Virus record (IMG/VR): IMGVR_UViG_3300037424_000687
Location: 1-31,843 of that record
Source: a virus
Lineage: Duplodnaviria > Caudoviricetes
Reading direction: 5' to 3' (one strand)
Length of the DNA stretch: 31,843 bases
The notes beneath the pieces are model-generated. The model saw only the letters and a program-made list of their open reading frames with translations, searched no databases and was not told where the DNA came from. The position numbers were made by a program, and so were the translations under genes. How positions within the stretch are numbered: the first letter of the stretch is position 1; every line of letters begins with the position of its first letter. Of the stretch, positions 1-10,168 are shown piece by piece.

Positions 1-300
1 CATAACGAGAGTATCTGCGATTGCGAAAATTGCTGGCCTAAATCAGCCCAAGTAGCACCGTAGTCTACAGATCTTAATATCTTCCCTCCCGAACCCGTAC
101 CTGCTAATGCTATGCCGTTACCGAGATCGCATAACGAGGTTATATGCGATTGCGAAAATTGCTGGCCTAAATCAGCCCAAGTAGCACCGTAGTCTACAGA
201 TCTTAATATCTTTCCATCTGAATATGTTCCTGCTAATGCTATGCCGTTACCGAGATCGCATAACGGGGTTATCTGCGATTGCGAAAATTGCTGGCCTAGA
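1..300 (-). repeat. 129-bp (43-aa) tandem coding repeat, about 2.3 copies visible
   Basis: Units begin CATAACG at 1, 130 and 259; identical apart from two short variable patches. Confidence 0.95.
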
Positions 301-1556
301 TCCGCAAACGCGAGATAACTTTCAAGAATTTCTGCATATATTTTATCGCCAAACGTATGTTTCGCCAATGCATTGGCTATAAACGGACCAGCTATGACAT
401 CGTCAACGGCGATGTATTCGATGGACGCTCTTGTAAATTGAGCATACCGATACGATAATATTTTCTCGATATCCTTCGAATCGTGAACTACTCTCCACAC
501 CGAATTGGTCGCATTCCATTTCCATGTGCGTCGCAGTCCGGGTGTTGCTAATACGGCAACGGTACCGCCTTGCGTCCATGAATTGTCTATTAGCGTAGTA
601 CCAGCAGCGGTAGTAACGAGTACCGGGTTGTCAGAGTCGCCAACTTCCTTCGTCGTCACCTCTTCGCCATCTCCAGAGGCTACTGGTAAGAGCAATACCA
701 TGCTCGCGCCAGCGCTATCATTGTACTGATTCACAACACCAGCAACCAGCGTATGCGGTCCGGCACCAGTGAGAACCGTGTTCCAGGATTCTAGATATTT
801 TAGAATCGCACGCATTTCGGGTGTAGTTTTAGCGACCGGCGTATCGTCGCTAGCCGCATACAGAAAAGTATCAGCGTCGTAGTCCGCGTTCATCACCGCC
901 CCAGCGGCATCAACGTTCGTTGCGTCGGTCACGTCCGCACCGTCCTCTACGTTGACCATGGCGCGAACCTGCGTAGGAGTTAGGTCGTCAATACCAGCGC
1001 CAGATCTACCTACGATTCTTTGATCATCGACGGCAAGCGGTTCTGGATTATCATTTGTATTTGCAACTAATAACGTGTTTGCGTTGTAATCCGACTTCAT
1101 AACAACACCGGTAGGAGTTGTTATTTCACCGGCAACCTCATCAATACTATTGATAAGTTTATTCATCGCCGGTTTCCAGCCATCGGACGAACTAAATTCT
1201 GTAGTCTCACCGGCAGCGGGTATACGAATCCCTAACACCTCGGTATCCCAAGCAACCGCGTTTCTAGCGTAGTTCACTGGATCTCCGTTGACGGTACATT
1301 TTATTAGATATGTACCCGGTATAGCTACCGTTGGCGTGAACGTTGGAGATGCAACCGTCTGACTCGATAAGACCGCCGTTGCACCTTCCGGTTGATCTAG
1401 AATCTCCCAAAAATAGGAAGATATTCCAGAACCGCTACTAAGCGACAAAGTAACCAGTGGAGGTGTTGGATCTATTTTAGAGTACACAAACTCTCTGGCT
1501 TCATCCGGACTGCCAGCGCTTTCACCGGCTACGTTTATTATGATGTGTATTGTCAT
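1..1556 (-). CDS. Tail fibre / receptor-binding protein, runs off window start; N-terminal PKD/Ig-like domain, C-terminal BNR/Asp-box beta-propeller repeats
   Basis: Absent from the ORF track (no stop in window). Translated by hand from ATG 1556, which overlaps the TGA of the upstream gene: MTIHIIINVAGESAG...SYFWEILDQPEGATAVLSSQTVASPTFTP...GTYLIKCTVNG, later repeated GKILRSVDYGATWADLGQQFSQS (SxDxGxTW). Follows the baseplate genes. Confidence 0.8.
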   Translation of the reverse strand, partial: MTIHIIINVAGESAGSPDEAREFVYSKIDPTPPLVTLSLSSGSGISSYFWEILDQPEGATAVLSSQTVASPTFTPTVAIPGTYLIKCTVNGDPVNYARNAVAWDTEVLGIRIPAAGETTEFSSSDGWKPAMNKLINSIDEVAGEITTPTGVVMKSDYNANTLLVANTNDNPEPLAVDDQRIVGRSGAGIDDLTPTQVRAMVNVEDGADVTDATNVDAAGAVMNADYDADTFLYAASDDTPVAKTTPEMRAILKYLESWNTVLTGAGPHTLVAGVVNQYNDSAGASMVLLLPVASGDGEEVTTKEVGDSDNPVLVTTAAGTTLIDNSWTQGGTVAVLATPGLRRTWKWNATNSVWRVVHDSKDIEKILSYRYAQFTRASIEYIAVDDVIAGPFIANALAKHTFGDKIYAEILESYLAFADLGQQFSQSQITPLCDLGNGIALAGTYSDGKILRSVDYGATWADLGQQFSQSHITSLCDLGNGIALAGTGSGGKILRSVDYGATWADLGQQFSQSQILSL

Positions 1557-2248
1557 GATTTATTCCACACAAAACTCAAATCTAATACAGTATCTTTATT
1601 TGTACTGCCATCGTTGCCAGAAGTTATTTTTACAAAATGATCTGCGGAATCAGACGTATAATAAGAAGATATGGGTACAGCTATATTTTGATAATTTGAC
1701 GTTCCGTCATCCGTTACCGGTCCTCCTCCGGATGTCCAATATGTAGAAGGAATTGTTATATTTGTTATCATATTACCAAATTCTACAGCCATTCTATATA
1801 TAGATGTCCTAGCCGCACCGGGTTTTACTTTTATATTTACAGTAGCGTCTATCGTTAGGTTCTTTGGAACGTTAATTGGGAAATACAGTATTCCATAATT
1901 TTCTAAAGAAGTCCATATAGGAAATAATCCTCCGTAACCGGAACACCACGAACGACCGCTACCGCTTGTAATGATTTCTATTCCGCGTGCCATGTTAATG
2001 TTTCCATTATCATATGCAAGCATTTTTATTGCATCTAAAATTTGACTCGCACTCGAAGATTCTCCAACTCCATTTGGAGATAATCCAGCCGCGTTCATTA
2101 GCGCCTGAATCCAACCGAGTTGAGTATCCTGAACCAAGTCGGCTACGATTTCAGTGCCATCGGTTTCGCCTGGTCCTGTACAGTTCTGTGCCGCAATATT
2201 TGGAAAGCTACCGGTTATATTAGCTAAATACGATGATGGATTTTTCAT
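1553..2248 (-). CDS. Putative proximal tail fibre protein
   Basis: 231 aa directly after gp48-like gene; N-terminus ...WIQALMNAAGLSPNG...SQILDAIK resembles Mu/P2-like fibre attachment regions. Confidence 0.65.
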   Translation of the reverse strand: MKNPSSYLANITGSFPNIAAQNCTGPGETDGTEIVADLVQDTQLGWIQALMNAAGLSPNGVGESSSASQILDAIKMLAYDNGNINMARGIEIITSGSGRSWCSGYGGLFPIWTSLENYGILYFPINVPKNLTIDATVNIKVKPGAARTSIYRMAVEFGNMITNITIPSTYWTSGGGPVTDDGTSNYQNIAVPISSYYTSDSADHFVKITSGNDGSTNKDTVLDLSFVWNKS

Positions 2249-2257
2249 AGAATCTCA

Positions 2258-3061
2258 CTAAACATAATTGGCGCACAATACGCACCACATTTTAGACGGT
2301 TTACTCAATAATAGTTGTTTCAAAAAATACTCTTGCTCTGAGGGAACGTCAAGAGCGGTAACGGTTGGAGCCGATGGCCACGTTCCGGATTTGACCGAAC
2401 CTACAAAAAACACAAACGGCCATCGTTGGGGAATATCTCCAACGTCATACGATTGAGAAGTTCTCTGCATTGTAAGCCAAGATCCCGCGTACGCTCTATC
2501 ATGTCCGGCATAGGCAATATCACCACCTGCACACATGAGATAGTTAGGTCGTTGCGAAGAGTAAATAGGACCGTTGACAATTAACTCACCATTCGCCGCT
2601 AGAATGATATCCGGATCAATAACCGGGCCATTGGGAATAACTAAGGCGTCGGTAAAACCGGCATTGACTAATAAATCTTGTAAAGATTCCCAGCTATTAG
2701 TGGTCTTACGAGCGTATTTTATCGCAGCTAGATTAGAGCGTCTTTGCAATTCGGATAGCGAACTGATATACGGCTGACCATAATCTTTTTCTAAGTCGCG
2801 TAAAAGACTCGTTCGACGCGGATCGCGAATATAAGCAAGAGCATCAACCGCGCTGTACGCACCTTGCATCGCATCGCCAATACCAGCTAATAGCTTTTGG
2901 AAATCACCTTCCGGATTCGGTTGCCATAATGCGCCTTTCGGCAACAGATTTATCAATACGTCACTGAAATCCACCTCATAGCTATCAGGCTCGGACAAGA
3001 CATCGCCTATAGAACCCCATGATTCTATCGATCCGAATCCGCCTAATCCAAAACCATCCAT
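2258..3061 (-). CDS. Baseplate wedge protein, Mu gp48/DUF2313-like
   Basis: LINLLPKGALW and IRDPRRTSLLRDLEKDYG motifs; follows baseplate J. Confidence 0.75.
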   Translation of the reverse strand: MDGFGLGGFGSIESWGSIGDVLSEPDSYEVDFSDVLINLLPKGALWQPNPEGDFQKLLAGIGDAMQGAYSAVDALAYIRDPRRTSLLRDLEKDYGQPYISSLSELQRRSNLAAIKYARKTTNSWESLQDLLVNAGFTDALVIPNGPVIDPDIILAANGELIVNGPIYSSQRPNYLMCAGGDIAYAGHDRAYAGSWLTMQRTSQSYDVGDIPQRWPFVFFVGSVKSGTWPSAPTVTALDVPSEQEYFLKQLLLSKPSKMWCVLCANYV

Positions 3062-3073
3062 TACGAAGCACTC

Positions 3074-4630
3074 CTATACATATGTTATAGTTCCCAATTT
3101 TAGCATCTCGCCCATTCCGACTTGATAACTAGATATAAAAACACCTGTAGAAACAGACATTCCAATACCCTCGGCGGTACCCCCATATGGAGTCAAAACA
3201 TTTTGTATATAAGTGCTAAGAGTTAGATCTGTTAGCAAACTGTTATTGCTATACGGTGAGTCCAGTCGGTCTATATACGGTGTGATTTCTCTCAGATAAA
3301 TATCTACCTGCTCTTCGATTTCATCTTTTACCTGGTCGAGTACGGAAGCATCAACGGATAGGCCTCGTATTTCCAAGTTTACCGAGGTGCGGCTAATCGG
3401 CTCGACGTGAATCATGGTATCGAGAGTACCGAGAGTAGGTCTAGCGATTCCAGTTATAGGATCGGTTAGAATAGCATCGTAAACATCATCAAGTAAATCT
3501 TGATCCGGTATTCCATCGGCTTCAAGATCAGATGAGCATTCAATAAATATCGTAGCATCTCCTAACCCGCTGGTTTGTACTAGTGTCACATCATCCCATT
3601 CGGTATAGTTACCCGTTGTACCAGATGATCCGCCTAGATGAATAACACCCGATGCGGTCACGGTAAATATCACATCGAACGCTTGCCAACTGGCCGACGT
3701 GGTACCCGTCCAAACGCTTGCACCGCCACCTAAAGCAACCGGTGAGCTTGTCCCATCCCCGCGAGCCCATCCGGTAATACGATAGGTTGTATAAGGCGCA
3801 AACGTCTGAGACGCGCCGGGTGACGCAACACCACCATGGGTAACCCGTAGACACCGGGAACCACCATGCGGGGTTCCTGTTGCCTTGCTCAGTACGGCCG
3901 AGTTTACCGGTGTCCATTCCGTCGTTCCGGTATCCTCCATATCGCCGTCGCGAAACCTATTATGCGTAGTAGAGCAACCTGAATACGGGTATGCCCGTTC
4001 AACGCCGTCAACGGCTTCCGCCCACGTACGATAGTCGGCATTATTCCCGCCGCCCCCTTGGGTACGCATCTCGGTCATAATGCGTCTACGGTACGCCGTA
4101 TCGGTTTCGACATCGAGTCCGTCAACAGTAACGGCCGTCACGGTTGCCGTGCTATTACACCCTGATAGCGGCACTTGAATAGTCAGGGTATCGTCAATCG
4201 CGAGCGTATAATCCGCGCCCGCGAGAATGCTTTTCAGCGTCATCGTTGCAACACCACCGCCCGTAACGGCTTCCGCCATATTATAATATAGTTTTTTTGT
4301 ACTATCGGATATAAATACACGAAGCGCCGGTACGTTTACCGTAGTCGAAATAGTCGCCGTCATTTGCGCCGCAACCGCAACCTTACGAGGTGTATCTATT
4401 TGCGGTTCGGCACCAATACGATCTAGATCTATTCCCGTTGCTGTAGATACGAGATTCTGTTTTGTTCGCTCGATAATATGCTGATCGGTACTCTTGCGCA
4501 TCATCGCCAGAATACCGGCAAGAACCCTAAGAAAGGCCAGGCTATGAACAGGCGAAGTCTGACCAACTCGACTTTCCAAATCAGATAAAGCGCGATCAAA
4601 TTCTTCTTGAGTAGTTAATACACTTAGCAT
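3074..4630 (-). CDS. Baseplate J / Mu gp47-like protein with internal carbohydrate-binding-like insertion
   Basis: STATGIDLDRIG and GLDVETDTAYRRRI...GGGNNADYRTWAEAVDGVERAY are typical Baseplate_J motifs. Confidence 0.88.
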   Translation of the reverse strand: MLSVLTTQEEFDRALSDLESRVGQTSPVHSLAFLRVLAGILAMMRKSTDQHIIERTKQNLVSTATGIDLDRIGAEPQIDTPRKVAVAAQMTATISTTVNVPALRVFISDSTKKLYYNMAEAVTGGGVATMTLKSILAGADYTLAIDDTLTIQVPLSGCNSTATVTAVTVDGLDVETDTAYRRRIMTEMRTQGGGGNNADYRTWAEAVDGVERAYPYSGCSTTHNRFRDGDMEDTGTTEWTPVNSAVLSKATGTPHGGSRCLRVTHGGVASPGASQTFAPYTTYRITGWARGDGTSSPVALGGGASVWTGTTSASWQAFDVIFTVTASGVIHLGGSSGTTGNYTEWDDVTLVQTSGLGDATIFIECSSDLEADGIPDQDLLDDVYDAILTDPITGIARPTLGTLDTMIHVEPISRTSVNLEIRGLSVDASVLDQVKDEIEEQVDIYLREITPYIDRLDSPYSNNSLLTDLTLSTYIQNVLTPYGGTAEGIGMSVSTGVFISSYQVGMGEMLKLGTITYV

Positions 4631-5070
4631 TATTCGTCACCTAATAGTTGATAGTACCAGTGTAAACCCTCTTTAGAAAGAATAAATGAAACGGTTTTTT
4701 CTCTAGAATTTCCCGGCGGACTTATAACCGCAATGACCGTCAACCGCGATCCAGTTGGATTGCTTACCCGTACCTCAACGGTTCCTACAACCCAGGATAG
4801 CGCCTTTTCAGCGGCCTGTCTAATACGATTCATCGACGATACGGTGAGCGATGCAGAGCAGGCGTTTTGAAATTCCGAGCCAAGCAGTCCTTCGCATCCA
4901 ACGAGTTTCGCGCCCACCCATCCCGGCATAGTAAATAGACTTATCAATACGGCATTAGTCAGACCTTTATGCATCGTTGGAGTACCACCAACGAAAACGA
5001 TATCAGATCCGTATTTGTCTAACGACATTAGCGGATCGCCTTGATATCTGCTATATGGTCGAGTTGCCAT
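4630..5070 (-). CDS. Baseplate protein, Mu gp46-like
   Basis: GLTNAVLISLFT...GW...LGS...AEKALSW motif pattern and position. Confidence 0.8.
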   Translation of the reverse strand: MATRPYSRYQGDPLMSLDKYGSDIVFVGGTPTMHKGLTNAVLISLFTMPGWVGAKLVGCEGLLGSEFQNACSASLTVSSMNRIRQAAEKALSWVVGTVEVRVSNPTGSRLTVIAVISPPGNSREKTVSFILSKEGLHWYYQLLGDE

Positions 5071-5685
5071 TTAGGTTGCTTTCACCTTTGTTGCAGCAGT
5101 TGATTCAGATATACCAGTAGGCCATACCAATTTAGCAGCCGTTTGAAGCGCTGCTCCGCCATCCATCGGTAAAACCGTCCAAGTAGTTAGCAAATTTGTT
5201 ATTTTATCTATCTCTGTTTTTACTTTAGCTGCCAGAGCTACAAAATCAGAAGCCGGACTATCTCCGATATGCACGATACCATCGATGCCAAGTTTGATAG
5301 AACTCTTTACCGCTTCTAACGCATCAATGCTTTGTATTTCAATGGTCCCATCTATCAGCAGTTGTATTTTTGTTCTCAAGATACCATCGCTATCGGATGA
5401 ATAAAGAACCTGTTCGCCCTCTTCGATTTCTATCGGATCTAAACCGTCATCGCTGGCGATAGCAATTTTGAAATTATCAGCTATCGAAACCACGGTTACA
5501 GCGCTATCTATTGGCGGAACGTAAACCAAGCCAGCGCGAGAATAAAGCTGTACCGACTGTATATCAGGACTATCGGTATCGCCATTACCGAGATCAACCT
5601 GTAGCATGATTACAGTACGCTCGCCTTCGCGATTTGTCGCATACTCAATGCCGGTAACGATTCCAATTTGGATTGATGGTGTCAT
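5071..5685 (-). CDS. Baseplate spike / assembly protein, Mu gp45-like
   Basis: GLVYVPPIDS and IEEGEQVLYS motifs; between gp44-like and gp46-like genes. Confidence 0.75.
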   Translation of the reverse strand: MTPSIQIGIVTGIEYATNREGERTVIMLQVDLGNGDTDSPDIQSVQLYSRAGLVYVPPIDSAVTVVSIADNFKIAIASDDGLDPIEIEEGEQVLYSSDSDGILRTKIQLLIDGTIEIQSIDALEAVKSSIKLGIDGIVHIGDSPASDFVALAAKVKTEIDKITNLLTTWTVLPMDGGAALQTAAKLVWPTGISESTAATKVKAT

Positions 5686-6905
5686 CTAATTTCCTCTGTT
5701 ACATCTGTCAATCCGCTGTTGATTCCGATCTCAGCCAGCATTGTATCAATACCACTCGGACCTTCTTCGGAAAACAAATTAGCCGGGATAGCCTTGTCCG
5801 AATAGCACTGTGGCGGACACACATCTAATATCGCTATACAACCAGAATTCGCATAGGTATACGTTACCCCTCGGATAAGCATATCAAATCCATTGTGAAG
5901 CCATGCCGCTGGACTCTGAATAGTCACTATCGTATTTTCGCGCCATAAGTCTTCAGTACCCGGAACATACCAGCTATTTACAGGTACGTGTATTTCAATT
6001 GCATCGGCATAAGCTTTTCTTTGTAACTGCATTGCCGTTTTTTCAGCATCGCCAACTGTAACATTATCACATCTAGCTGATGTCTGACGGCCTTCTGGAA
6101 TACCAGCATCAACAATAGTTATTGTTCTGTAAATGGTTTTATCTTTATAGATTTTCTTCTTACGCTTTTTTGAATTACTTAGCACGGTCGTAGGACTCGT
6201 TGACGTTGCTCGATAACTATGAAAGAGTTTTCTTCCATCAAACTTAGAAGTTATTTTCGATAGCGGATTTTTCTCATCGCCAATACAGCACACCGGTTTA
6301 CCGCTTATATTCGCCTGTACTAAACAGATTTTACCTTTTGCGTTACTGGTTATCAGGACCCCGCGTTCACCAGCAAGCTTGCTCAGAAATTCAAACATCG
6401 TATCGCCATGATCGGCTGTAGCGCGTTCGAAAAAGTTCGAGCCGACCGAATACTCGTATTCAGCGGTCATGCCTATTTGCTCCGCCAGCGCGTCCACAAG
6501 CTCGCCTAGCGTAATGAAATTATATTCAAGTGGAGGATATATTTTGCTATCAACAAAGTCAGCCGCAAGCGATACCCCCTCAACGGTAGCGCTATATCCG
6601 TCTACTGAAAAGTCCGGCTCTGGAATATAAACCCGTCCGGTTATGATCAATTCCTTACCTAAATAAAGCTCGCAATCTTCAAAGCCAAACGGCTTTATGG
6701 GTAGGTTTTTGAAATCAGTACTCAAAGGAATGATTGCGGAGAAACCGCTAGCAGCGTTTTCGATACTGCATTTCACCGTTGCCGCCGATACATTTACTTT
6801 CTCACCATTTATGAGTAACGTGAGAGTATTTGGATTTGTAGAATCATCAAGCAATCCTGTTGCAAGTTCGTTGACGAGAGTATTGATACTAGACATATAG
6901 TACAA
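5682..6905 (-). CDS. Baseplate hub protein, Mu gp44 (gpP)-like
   Basis: LTLLING, GDTMFEFLSKLAGERGVLITSNAKG, LWRENTIVTI motifs; synteny. Confidence 0.8.
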   Translation of the reverse strand: MYYMSSINTLVNELATGLLDDSTNPNTLTLLINGEKVNVSAATVKCSIENAASGFSAIIPLSTDFKNLPIKPFGFEDCELYLGKELIITGRVYIPEPDFSVDGYSATVEGVSLAADFVDSKIYPPLEYNFITLGELVDALAEQIGMTAEYEYSVGSNFFERATADHGDTMFEFLSKLAGERGVLITSNAKGKICLVQANISGKPVCCIGDEKNPLSKITSKFDGRKLFHSYRATSTSPTTVLSNSKKRKKKIYKDKTIYRTITIVDAGIPEGRQTSARCDNVTVGDAEKTAMQLQRKAYADAIEIHVPVNSWYVPGTEDLWRENTIVTIQSPAAWLHNGFDMLIRGVTYTYANSGCIAILDVCPPQCYSDKAIPANLFSEEGPSGIDTMLAEIGINSGLTDVTEEIR

Positions 6906-8220
6906 CTTCTCTACCGGCGGGAAGTAAATAAATCTCAGGTCCCTTTAGCCCATTGGTTTCAATGAAGTAGTCCAACTTATCAAAATCATCATAATACTGA
7001 GCCGATAAGATGATAGGCGGTGTTGGACGATCAAGCGTTATAATCTGCTTTATTTTCAAATCAAATGATATACGAAGCAAATATTGAACGGTATCATAAA
7101 CTAGCTTAGCTAGATCGACGTAGGTAGAAGATTGCGAAAAATACTGCTCATCAATATACTGTGAGTAGTATAGTGACTGCTTTTCTTCTAGTGATGCTAC
7201 GATTGAATTGAATTTATCAATCATATTATCGGCTGTATTCAAAGCCTGTTCGCGCGTTGTAAAATCAGACGTCATGGCTATTCTCGCTAGTGCGGATATC
7301 GAAGCCGAAAGCGCTAGCTCGGTAACAACTATATTGTTTATCTGCGCTATTGCGCTACTGGTTCTTTTTAGTGGAGTTTTCGATTCGCCGGGTAATAGTT
7401 CTGTCAATCCAGTAACAAGCGCTCCATAGCAGTCAACGCGAGTATCTAAATCCCGAGTTGCCAGCGCTGGATAACCGATAAGCTGTTGAATCTGACCACC
7501 CAATTCGGCAAGCGGTATAGCTACCGCGTTCAGTGAGTCAACTATACCTGCGTGAACGGTCGTCATGGCATCATCTACAGCGCCCACAATACCAAACAGC
7601 GGATAAAGCGCATAATCAACAACGTTTTCTATTCCCTGGGTAGTTGTTTCAACTATGTGCTTCACGGTTGAATTTGCTTGATTTATATCAGCTATAAATT
7701 GAGATAATGCGCCAACGTCAAGAGCGTCTATTTGGCTGTCGACTATGCCTGCAAGCTCACGAGCAGTCTTCAGGGTTTCCGGATCTATCGGCTCAAACCA
7801 TTCCGTCTGTATTTCAGATATACCGTCGTTTGTGTTGGTTAGTTCGGCCTTTTCTAGCTGTAACTCGAACATTCCATGGGCCGGATGAACTATGGTCCAC
7901 ACCCCGCGCTCTCTACATCCGGTTAGAAGAAAAGCTCTAGCGTTAGTATCGTTGTTTTTATCATCGAAAAAAAACGTTATCGATATCGCCAGAGAATCCG
8001 TATCGAGATCCTGAATAATAGTTCCCGGCACCATGGGAATATTGAACTTACCAAGGCGCTTACTAATACGAAAACTATCTTGTCCCTGATAGCGTGGTTT
8101 GTATTCTGTACCGCTAGGCGACGTTAGAACGAGATCCGCCTCTAATCGCTCCCACCATGTATCGGCGGAACCAAGAAAAACGTTTTTCAACGTGCTAGCG
8201 GCATCGTCTAAAAATGACAT
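6889..8220 (-). CDS. DNA circularisation / tail protein, Mu gp43 (gpN)-like
   Basis: W..RL, IQDLD, G..TIVHPAHG, EWFE N-terminal motifs and LysM-like C-terminus; directly after tape measure gene. Confidence 0.78.
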   Translation of the reverse strand: MSFLDDAASTLKNVFLGSADTWWERLEADLVLTSPSGTEYKPRYQGQDSFRISKRLGKFNIPMVPGTIIQDLDTDSLAISITFFFDDKNNDTNARAFLLTGCRERGVWTIVHPAHGMFELQLEKAELTNTNDGISEIQTEWFEPIDPETLKTARELAGIVDSQIDALDVGALSQFIADINQANSTVKHIVETTTQGIENVVDYALYPLFGIVGAVDDAMTTVHAGIVDSLNAVAIPLAELGGQIQQLIGYPALATRDLDTRVDCYGALVTGLTELLPGESKTPLKRTSSAIAQINNIVVTELALSASISALARIAMTSDFTTREQALNTADNMIDKFNSIVASLEEKQSLYYSQYIDEQYFSQSSTYVDLAKLVYDTVQYLLRISFDLKIKQIITLDRPTPPIILSAQYYDDFDKLDYFIETNGLKGPEIYLLPAGREVVLYV

Positions 8221-8221
8221 T

Positions 8222-10168
8222 TTATTTCATAAACCTATCTAACGATCTTCTATTAGAACCCTGACTTCCTAGATTCGTTTTTACCGTAGGCGCGTTTTTG
8301 CCTTGCTTTGTAACCACACTGCTACCATCTGGTGCGTTCACGTTTACCTCAATAACGGACTTCTCTGGATTGCCACGTAATTCATGAGGTATTATATTAA
8401 ATATTGGAGATCGATATAAAGAATTGCCACCTTCGCTTACATTGCTGGTCGTAATAGGTAACCCGGTTTCAGCTGCTCTAGAAGACGCCATTGCAGTCAA
8501 GGTTGGATCTCCACCGTATCTTTCTTCTATCCCGGATCGCGATAGGATTCTTCCTTCGTATAGTTTATCAATTCTACGATCTTTCTCTCTGCGCCATGCC
8601 TCGGCATAACGATTGGCTGATTCTTTTTGTTCTTTTACAGCTCTATTGCCAACAACAGCTGCACCAATTGCGCCAGCAACGGCAACGCCCCCAACAGCAG
8701 CGCCCGTAGCTCCAACCGCACCGAGAGCATTTAGCAAAACCGGCACTCCTTTAGCAGTAAGAATACCTCCCAAAGAAACCTTGGTAGCGGCCAATGCAAC
8801 ATTCAGCCCGAGAACCGCAAACTTCCAAGCAACGAAAGCCTTTGCAATATCCATCAAACCGATATTATTCGACTTAAACCAATCAATTAATTCTCTAGCG
8901 TTTTTAGTGAGATCTAATATTCCCAATGCCAACGGTTTCACATCGGTATATACACCGGTTACCCATTTTTTGAATTCTTCTCCGTCAAAATCCTTCAGCC
9001 ATTTTTCTATTTTATCAAAAGCTCCATAAATGTCTTTCTCAAAAACATCAAATACCTTTAGTCCAAGCTCCGACAATTTTGACTTTATACCCTTTATTCT
9101 ATTAGCAAATGACGCGCCTTTAATATCTGCAAGTTCCATGCTGGCACCAGCGGATTCACGTATTTTTTCTAACGACTTATGGGTAAGATCAAGATTGTGC
9201 ATAATAGGCATAATTGCTTGAGAACCCCAAGCACCGAATATGCCTACTAACGCCTTTTGTTGATTAAACGAAGATAACTTTCCAAGTTTTTTATGTAGTT
9301 GATCTGTGATATCTAACATCGAGCGCATCTTACCGCCCTTTTCGATAGATATGTGATATTTATCCAATTGCGCTCTTACCGCTGGTATACCTTGAGTAAG
9401 ACGTCTGAATGCAAAAGCCAGATCAGTACCAGCTCTTTCACCACGTAATCCGGATGCGGCCATGGTATTTAGCATAGCCGATAGCGTTTCTATGTCGTCA
9501 GAGCCGCCCTTTACCATCGGAGATACATTCAATAAAGCATCTCCGAGTTCCTGAACACTGGTGAGCCCGATAATATCCGTTTTCGACATAACATCGCCAA
9601 CATGCTCGAAGTTTTTCGCGTATTGTTCAGCATTGTTTGACGCTAGTCCGAGGGACGCCATGATGCTCGCCGATAACTTCATCGCCGATCCCATTTCCTC
9701 AAAATCACCGGCGACTGAAAACGTAGTTAATTTAGGTAACAACGCCATCGATTCCACAAGATTTTTCCCAGCGCCACCCATCTCGTTCAACGCGACAGCG
9801 GCCTCACCAGCAGAATAAACGGTCGTTTCACCCGTTTTTCGCGCGGCCATCTCCATGGTTTCCCAATCTTTAGTTCCCTTATGAAAACCAAATTTTGAAG
9901 CTGCACCGGATAAGGCTTTATCTAGATCTATTACGGTATCAACCATGCTAACAACGCCCTGCCTTGCCATGTTTATACCACCCATGACAACATTACTCGT
10001 TAGGATACCGCCGACTATAGACTTGAAATTCGACATCGATTTCCCCATCGACGCGAATCCTTTATTTGTCTTATTACTAAATATACCGATACGGTTAGAT
10101 AAACTGTCTACAATTGGACTTAGTTCATCTCTGCCTTTGAATACCGTACTGACAACATAATCGGTCAT
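8222..10168 (-). CDS. Tail tape measure protein (TP901-like core)
   Basis: 648 aa, helical and Ala/Gly-rich; TTVYSAGEAAVAL, TSVQELGDAL, SGLRGERAGT motifs. Confidence 0.9.
   Translation of the reverse strand: MTDYVVSTVFKGRDELSPIVDSLSNRIGIFSNKTNKGFASMGKSMSNFKSIVGGILTSNVVMGGINMARQGVVSMVDTVIDLDKALSGAASKFGFHKGTKDWETMEMAARKTGETTVYSAGEAAVALNEMGGAGKNLVESMALLPKLTTFSVAGDFEEMGSAMKLSASIMASLGLASNNAEQYAKNFEHVGDVMSKTDIIGLTSVQELGDALLNVSPMVKGGSDDIETLSAMLNTMAASGLRGERAGTDLAFAFRRLTQGIPAVRAQLDKYHISIEKGGKMRSMLDITDQLHKKLGKLSSFNQQKALVGIFGAWGSQAIMPIMHNLDLTHKSLEKIRESAGASMELADIKGASFANRIKGIKSKLSELGLKVFDVFEKDIYGAFDKIEKWLKDFDGEEFKKWVTGVYTDVKPLALGILDLTKNARELIDWFKSNNIGLMDIAKAFVAWKFAVLGLNVALAATKVSLGGILTAKGVPVLLNALGAVGATGAAVGGVAVAGAIGAAVVGNRAVKEQKESANRYAEAWRREKDRRIDKLYEGRILSRSGIEERYGGDPTLTAMASSRAAETGLPITTSNVSEGGNSLYRSPIFNIIPHELRGNPEKSVIEVNVNAPDGSSVVTKQGKNAPTVKTNLGSQGSNRRSLDRFMK

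Noticed and set aside
2801-2835. Spacer 23061-23095 vs gp48-like gene (RDP...SL)
   Set aside because: About 17/35 identity; chance level.
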